64,000 nucleotides of DNA from the human T2T-CHM13v2.0 reference genome, Homo sapiens. The stretch's first letter is position 1. Each line of letters begins with the position of its first letter. Positions 56,993 to 64,000 of the stretch are shown piece by piece. Made by a program: the position numbers and the translations under genes. The notes below the pieces were generated by a model. It ran no database searches. It worked only from the letters and a program-made list of their open reading frames with translations, and was not told where the DNA came from. Where the stretch lies: NCBI RefSeq assembly GCF_009914755.1, contig NC_060927.1. One strand, written 5' to 3'.

Positions 56993-57331
56993 GACATAGA
57001 GATTAGAAAGATGACAGCCAGAAGCTGGGAAGGATAGTGGAGGGCTTGGGATGGAAAGGTGGGGATGGTTAATGGGTACAAAAAAATAGAAGGAATGAAT
57101 AAGACTATTTGATAGTACAACAGGGGGACTATAGTCCTTAATGACTCAACTGTACATTTAAAATAACTAAAAGGGTGTAATTGAAATGTTTGTAACACAA
57201 AGGATAAATGTTTGAGGAGACAGATACCCTCTTCTCCAAGATATGATTATTTCACAGGTCTATATCATAACATCTCATATACCTGTACATATCATACCTG
57301 CTATGTGCACACAAAAATTAAAAATAAAAAT
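56993..57331 (+). mobile_element. Short 5'-truncated L1MA1/2 3'UTR
   Basis: gggatggttaatgggtacaaaaaaatagaaggaatgaataagac. TSD aaataaataaactac(c/a)tgtta on both sides. Confidence 0.92.
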
Positions 57332-57545
57332 AAATAAATAAACTACATGTTATATTTATTATCTCAAATGGGGATAATAATAAATCATAATTGCTTCCTT
57401 AGAAATAAAGAATATAGATTGAAGTATCTTTGGAAAACCCCAAATTTAACCACAACATATAATTAGATGCAAGCTGAATTCCAATCTATTAAATTCCAAA
57501 ACATTCAAAAATTGAAGGTTTCCATTTTACCCACTCTCTGATTAC

Positions 57546-57571
57546 GTGTGTGTGTTTGTGTGTGGGTGTAT

Positions 57572-57613
<42 letters not shown>
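57546..57613. repeat. (TG)n followed by (TA)n microsatellite
   Basis: Direct inspection. The (TA)n abuts the TA target site of the Tigger3. Confidence 0.95.
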
Positions 57614-57617
<4 letters not shown>

Positions 57618-57998
57618 CATGTGTTGCTTAAAGACTGGGAAACATTCTCAGAAATATATCATGAGGTGATTTCATGTTGTGCAAACATCATAGAGTGTGC
57701 TTACACAAGCCTAACTGGTATAGCTTATTATACATCTAGGCCTATGGTGTGGCCTATTGGTGCTAGGCTACAAACCTGTACAGCATGTTACTATACTGAA
57801 TATTATCGGCAATTATATACAATGCTAAGCATTTATGTATCTAAACATATCTAATAATAGAAAATAAACAATAAAAATATGGTATAAGAGGCAAAATATG
57901 GTATACCTGTATAGGGGAGCTCCATTGCAATCTTATGGGACCACCATCATATTCACAATCTGTGGTTGATTAAAAGGTTGTTATAGGGTGCGTAACTG
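57614..57998 (-). mobile_element. Tigger3 (GOLEM) non-autonomous element
   Basis: aacatcatagagtgtgcttacacaagccta, taggctacaaacctgtacagcatgttact, aatcttatgggaccacc. TA at both ends. Confidence 0.9.
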
Positions 57999-58344
57999 TA
58001 TATGTAACCACTATCCTCTTTAATAAACACCATGCTGTGCTCTGTTCTACAAAACGTGGCCTCATGTATCTTCTAACACTATAGCACATATGCCTATTCC
58101 TTAAACACAGCACTGATTTAAATGTATTTAATATTTATAATTTTAAATAATATTAGAGGCATTCTGCAATTTGCTTCAGTTTACTCAATATTATATGTGA
58201 GAGAGATTTATCCTAGTTGTTCACTCCATTTTATTGGTATAAAAACACATGGTAGGATTATGACAAAATCTATTAATTAATTCCCCTGCTTATTGACATT
58301 TAGAGTATAACTGATGTTGTAACTTTTAAATAATACTAATTTTT

Positions 58345-59085
58345 CTATAGACAGCAAACGGTAATAAAGGGACACTATGAAAAACTCTATTCTCCCAAAT
58401 TTGAGAACATGTATGAAATGGATAAGTTCTTTGAAAGAAACAGTTGGCCAACCTCGCACCAGAAGAAATGGACAATCTTAAAAGGCCTATGTCTGCTAAA
58501 GAAATTGAGTCAGTAATTAATAACCTTCCGAAACAGAATGCACCAGACCCAGATGAATGGACAGCAAATTCTATCAAACACTAAAAAATTATACCAGTCC
58601 TCTACAATCTTTTCTAGAATATATAAACAGAGGGAATACTTTCTAGCTCATTTGATGAGGCCAATATTATCCTACTACTACTACCAGAAAAAGACCATGA
58701 GAAAAGAAAACTACATACCAATATCTCTGATGAACGTATATGTAAATTCCTCAGCAAAATATTAGCAAGTAGAATCCAGCAATGCGTAAAAAAGAATGAT
58801 ATACCACAACCAAGTGGGATTTATCCCAGGTATGCCAGTTTGGTTCAATAATCAAAAACAAATTAATGTAATCCATTACAGTAACTGGCTATGGAATAAA
58901 AATCATGTAATTATATCAAAAGATGTGGAAAAAGCATTTTACAAAAATTCATGATAAAAACTTTCAGTAAACTAGAAAGAGATGGCACTTTCACAACTTG
59001 ATAAGAAATGTCTACAAAACCTACAGCTCACATCACACCTGATGGTAAGAAACCAAAAGTACTAAGATCAGGAACAAGACACCAC
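58345..59085 (+). mobile_element. L1MC/MD ORF2 fragment
   Basis: aaagaaattgagtcagtaattaataaccttcc...gcaccagacccagatg; ccaagtgggatttatcccaggtatgc. Confidence 0.85.
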
Positions 59086-60197
59086 TGCTTTACCTCATGC
59101 CTTATGGAAAATTCAATTCCCGATGGACTGGACACCTGTATAAAAATATAAAAACTTTAGAAGAAAATATAAAAGCCTATTTCTATTACCTTACATAAGG
59201 AAAGGGTTTACCAAACTAGACTCCCAAAACACACAGAGAATTTTATTTGTTTTCACCTTTTCCTATTGATATTTAATACCAGCTCTACCAGATAACAGTT
59301 TTAACTTTAAGTAGGTTCTTAATTTTCCCTTTTTCAGAACAATAGCTGCATAATTCAATCTTAATTACTCTGACTTAAAGAAAAAAAATCATGTAACGTA
59401 CACATTGTTTATTGGTAGTTTATTCAAAATTTCCTTGGTTATTTTTAGTCCATTTTTGTTTATTTTTGAAAATATAATTTTTGTTTTTTAGTTTAAAAAT
59501 GTGATAAATTACATCAATAGATTTTTTAAAAATATTAACAGTCCTTTCATTCTTGGATAAAAGTGCTTAGTCCCTTGTTTAAATCTTGCCAGAGGCCTAT
59601 TTTATGCATAATTTTACAAAAAGAATGTTAACCTTTGTTTGTTTATTTTATTCATCTTATTAATTTCATGTCTTTTTTGTTGCCTATTATTTTTCAGAGC
59701 ATGCTCATATTTTGCAAGGTAATAGTCATTTGCTAGATTTTGAGACCTCATGCATGGCCAATTTTTATAAATATTCCATGCATGTTTGAAAAGAATAAAT
59801 ATTTGTTAAAGACTGAGCACAATCAAATACAGACTTACATAAAAACACAAATACATATGCTAATTCATAAGATTAGTTTCTTAATGGTTTGGTTGTTGTC
59901 TGAGCTATCCATCTGAGAGAACTGTGATAAACTTTCCACAAAACAGGGTTTTTTTAAATGTAACAAACACATCAATTCTTCTCTAAATAACTTTCAGCTT
60001 TTAAGGAAATGTCAACAAATGTAACAATCATTTGTTATTTTTTCCTTTAGAACATAACAAGTTAATCCCAACATTTTATGTGGGTAAATCAGGAAGATCA
60101 AAGTAATTTGAGTTATTTGAATAAGGTTAAAGAGAAAAGACCACTGAATTACTAGACTGTATGTGAAAATAAAAACAATTAGAAAAATACATGAGAT

Positions 60198-60510
60198 AAT
60201 AATTTGTGTATTTAGTAAAAGCAAATATAACTTAAGATATTGCTAAAACAATGAAAATTATGTTAAATTTTACTTTATTCAAATGTGAATTTTCTATGAC
60301 TCGACTATAAGAAGTGATGGATCAAAAAGTATTTTCAATATATTCAAGAGAATAATTTGTGTATTTAGTATAAGAAAATATCACTTAGATAAGATATTGC
60401 TCAAATAATCTATGAAAAATGATATTAAATTTTACTTTCTTCAAATGTAAATTTTCTGTGATTCAAAAGACCATAAGAAGTGATGGATCAAGAAAATATT
60501 TTCAATGCAT
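60198..60510. repeat. Two-copy tandem duplication, starts 153 bp apart
   Basis: aataatttgtgtatttagta at 60198 and 60351. ttaaattttacttt and ataagaagtgatggatcaa occur in both copies. Confidence 0.92.
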
Positions 60511-60519
60511 AGAATTTAA

Positions 60520-61290
60520 AAAGAAAGTATTCAAAATTGCCAGATCATTAAAAAAAGGGTAAAATGTAGTGAATGGAAAGAAAATGAATAGACAATTAAC
60601 GGAAGAAAAAGATCAACTGACAATACACAGGAAAAATGTTCAAACCAACTAATAATAATAATGTAAACAAAAAAAGTTAGATATTATTTTCTACCCAAGA
60701 GACTGGCTTAAAAATGCCTTAGAAAAAACTAGTTTTGATAAGAATGCAAAAACAGAGTCATGTACTGGTAAAAATGGCATACATTTGTACTACTACTTTA
60801 AAGAGTAATGTAGCAATACCTGGTAAAGCAAAAAATGTTTATAACCTGAAGCTCTAAAATTGTACTTCTAAATGTATCCTGTACATAAGAAAAACTCTTC
60901 TACTCATATGCAATGACATGCTCACAATAATGTGTTTTACAGTATGGTTTGTTAGAATAATATATTAGAAACAATATAAATGGATAAATTATGCTATTTG
61001 CCTATGACAGCCATATGGCAGTGAAAGCATTGAACTAGAATCATATGTATTAATACATTCATAGCCTGAAACAAAATGTCAAGTGAAAGAAGCATTATAT
61101 AGCAAGATATGTACAGTAAATATAATTTATACTAAATTGTAAAACCTACAAAATTTTAGTTTTTATGCTTATGGTTATAAAACATACTAATATTAGATTA
61201 AAACCTCATAAGAACTTTTATTACCAAATTTTTATTTTTATTTTTATTACCAAATTTTTGTTAATGATTCCTCTTTGGTCATGAGGTAGA
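60520..61290 (+). mobile_element. Ancient L1ME 3' fragments
   Basis: gaatagacaatt...gaagaa; ggaaaaatgttcaa; tggataaattatg; gaactaga...tatgtatta. Confidence 0.6.
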
Positions 61291-61393
61291 TTAGCATGAT
61301 AAAGGCCTGCAGAGGCAACCTCTATTTGGATTTTATTTTATTATTTATTTATTATTATTATTATTATTATTTTTACAGAAACTATTTCAACAA

Positions 61394-61827
61394 TATGGTA
61401 GCCATAAAAATGCACCTGTCCAGTCTCCTGCTGACTTTGCTGTTGCAATTTGAAATCCATCAATGTATTAGTTCAACGGTCACTCTTTCCACTGGCTCCT
61501 CTAGCCAATAACTAAGCTCAACAGGGAAACTAAGGCAGACCTATACTTAAAAGATGTGACACTTCACCTGGAGTTTTGACTCCAGAACTGCTTGTGAGGC
61601 TTGCCAACACTTCCCTAGAACTGCACTGCTGTTTTGGCATTTCTGCCTTTTCCTTCTTCCTTTACTACCTTTTTCTTTCAAAGGGTTCAAGTTGTATCAC
61701 AGTCGTATAGCATTCCTAACCTCCTGCAGCTTGCTCCATATTTTTAGTCAACACTGTGTTCCTCAGTGAATCTCTTGCAGGGCTTATCCTATCTTTCCAT
61801 CTTTCTGAGAGAACTCAGATAAACATA
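61394..61827 (+). mobile_element. ERVL LTR (LTR16C-like)
   Basis: tatggtagccat...; ctcctctagccaataactaagc; agaactgcactgc; aatctcttgca. Confidence 0.72.
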
Positions 61828-62039
61828 AGCAAATGTGGCAAGCTGTTAAGATTCAATTAATCTCTGTGCTGAGTATAATGGTAAATAAGGATTTGATTAG
61901 GTGAAATAGTCATAGTTTCATATTTTATTTGTGTAGTTGTAATATGAGTAACTTAAATTTTCTTTTTATACTTTTCAATGTTTTCCAAACTTTTTTCTTT
62001 GGGCATTCATTACTTTGTAATCTGGAAAAAAGGTATACA

Positions 62040-62125
62040 CCACATATGTATATATGTATGTATGTTTGTGTGTGTGTGTGTATATATGTGTATGTGCATA
62101 TATGTTTCTGTGTATGTGTATATAA
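62040..62125. repeat. TA/TG alternating microsatellite
   Basis: Direct inspection. Confidence 0.9.
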
Positions 62126-63457
62126 AATCTCATATCTGAAAATCAACCAAGATAAAAATCCAGCAGAACTCTATATTATAGCAGTGTTTTGGTAAAATTT
62201 TATAGTGTGACAAAAAGAATTAATATTTCGGTCCTAAGTTTTAACACCCACCCACGTGTTCTTTTTACATATCCACTTTTCACATCTCTGCTTACATTTT
62301 TTCTTTAATTAGAAATTTGAGGCAGAATCACTTCTGTCTGCTGATGTTTAAGGAAAAAAAAAACTTCCAAACAAATCTATGTCTGTATGCAGCTTTCTCA
62401 CCATCATTATGAAAAGGAATTTGGAATTGTTGACACTTTCTTCTATATAGACATAAACCTTCCCTTTTGATAGCTTTTTTTAAAGCAGGGTTTACTTTTT
62501 AGATCATTTTACCCACAATTTCCGCAAGCTTTCTTCTTTCAGCAGAAGACTTGATGGCCAGCCAGGAAAGGTCATTAAATCTTTCAAAGATAAATCTTCA
62601 GCCTTTACCCACTCTTGAACCACAATGGACATGCATACACACTTTTCCAATCTTATCTCTAATTTGTTTCCAGCAATTTTCTTCTATGCTGAACTACCTC
62701 TGTAAGAACTTTAGTACACATTTATTGCTCTCTCTAAATATTTGCTTTTGCCATTCAGGCTACTTGGATGGTCCTTTTCAGTCTTCCATATCAATGTGAA
62801 TGTATAAATGGTCTTCAAAATGTATTCTTTTTTATTGTTGAAAGTTTTTTCAATCATATTATAATTCTACTTTTTTAAAACAATTAGAAGACAAATACTA
62901 TACTAAACTTTATTAGCTGCTTGATATTCCTAAGTAGTAACAGTTTGAAAGGAGATATATGTTTAAAGCAATTTAAAAACTTTATATAGTGCACAGCTAA
63001 AATTCACAAATGCATGAATGTTTAATTAATGAACCACAACACTATTACTCTGGAGACAGCTGAGAGAGAAACGTTCAGCAGTCATTTAAAGTGCCACTTG
63101 CTGCTATGGGAATAAATTAGCACAAGTCTTTTAAAGAGCACTATGTCAACATGTATCAAAAATTTATTTAAATTTGCTTTATTCTCTTTATTAGAGCAAT
63201 TAAATTTCTAGAGATTTATTTTAAAAATAGTTATGTGTCAGAAGGCAAATATTTTGCTATGTGGATGTTCTATGCAGCATTGTTTAGAATTGTAAAATTT
63301 ACAAAATTATAAGCTTGAACACAGGGATATATTAAGAAAAGAGTATTATAATCATATGGTAAAACACTATGTATCATTAAAATCATATTTTAGAGAATAT
63401 TTATTTATTTATGATTTAATTTAAAGATGGGTTTAGGTTTTTCTTTTTAATTTTTTT

Positions 63458-64000
63458 CAATTGTTGCCATTTATATCTATGTGTACCTAATGTTTAGCTC
63501 ACACTTATGAGAACATACAGTATTTGGTTTTCTATTTGTGCATTAATTTGCTTAAGATAATGAGCTTGAGCTGCATCCATGTTGCTGCAAAGAACATAAT
63601 TTTGTTCTTTTTGTGGCTGTATAGTATTCCATGGTGTATATATACATTTTCTTTATCCAATACATCCTTGATGAGCAATGTGGATTAATTCCATGTCGTT
63701 GCTATTTTGAACAGTGCTATGATGACTATAGGAATGCAGATTTTTTTTGTGGAATTATTTATTTTCCTTTGGGTATATAATCAGTAATGATATTTCTGGG
63801 TTGAATGGTAGTTCATCTCAGTTTCTGAGAAATCTCCAAACTGCTCTCCACAGTGGCTGGACTAATTTACATCCCCACCAACTATGGATAAGTGTTTCCT
63901 TTTCTCTGCAACCTTACCAACATTTGTTATTTTTTGACGTTTTAACAAAAGCCATTCTGACTGGTGTGAGACGTTATTCTGTTGTGGTTTTGATTTGCAT
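63458..64000 (-). mobile_element. L1PB/L1PA15-16-like 3' region, running off the window end
   Basis: gtttagctcacacttatgagaacat; gctgcatccatgttgctgcaaag; gagaaatctccaaactgct; gccattctgactggtgtgag. Confidence 0.9.

Noticed and set aside
60198-60510. Direct repeats as a CRISPR-like array
   Set aside because: Only two long degenerate copies, no spacers, and a eukaryotic context.

Overview
AT-rich, repeat-dominated primate genomic DNA, very probably human given a near-consensus AluYa5-type element at 31576-31883. It resembles a gene desert or a very large intron. I find no credible protein-coding gene: the ORFs I can explain are decayed L1 ORF2, antisense L1 5'UTR, Alu, Charlie1 transposase remnants or simple repeats, and the rest look like chance frames. 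More than half the window is nested transposon debris (L1ME/MC/MA/PA, L2, MIR, nine Alus, MER4, MLT1, MLT2, LTR16 and MER74-like LTRs, Charlie1, MER5, MER94, MER47, Tigger3). Highlights: (1) a doubly inverted L1PA15/16-type insertion that keeps a full 5' end (8396-13263); (2) a candidate LTR-to-LTR spliced noncoding transcript on the minus strand (ERVL LTR near 49.5 kb, exons 41379-41453 and 40874-40939, MER4 LTR polyA at about 39.8 kb); (3) a very young Alu with 4 of 5 Ya5 diagnostics; (4) a classic twin-primed L1PA7/8; (5) small templated duplications and fold-backs. I see no evidence of a new biological system. Repeat subfamily calls come from remembered consensus sequences, not a database search, and boundaries of old elements are approximate.
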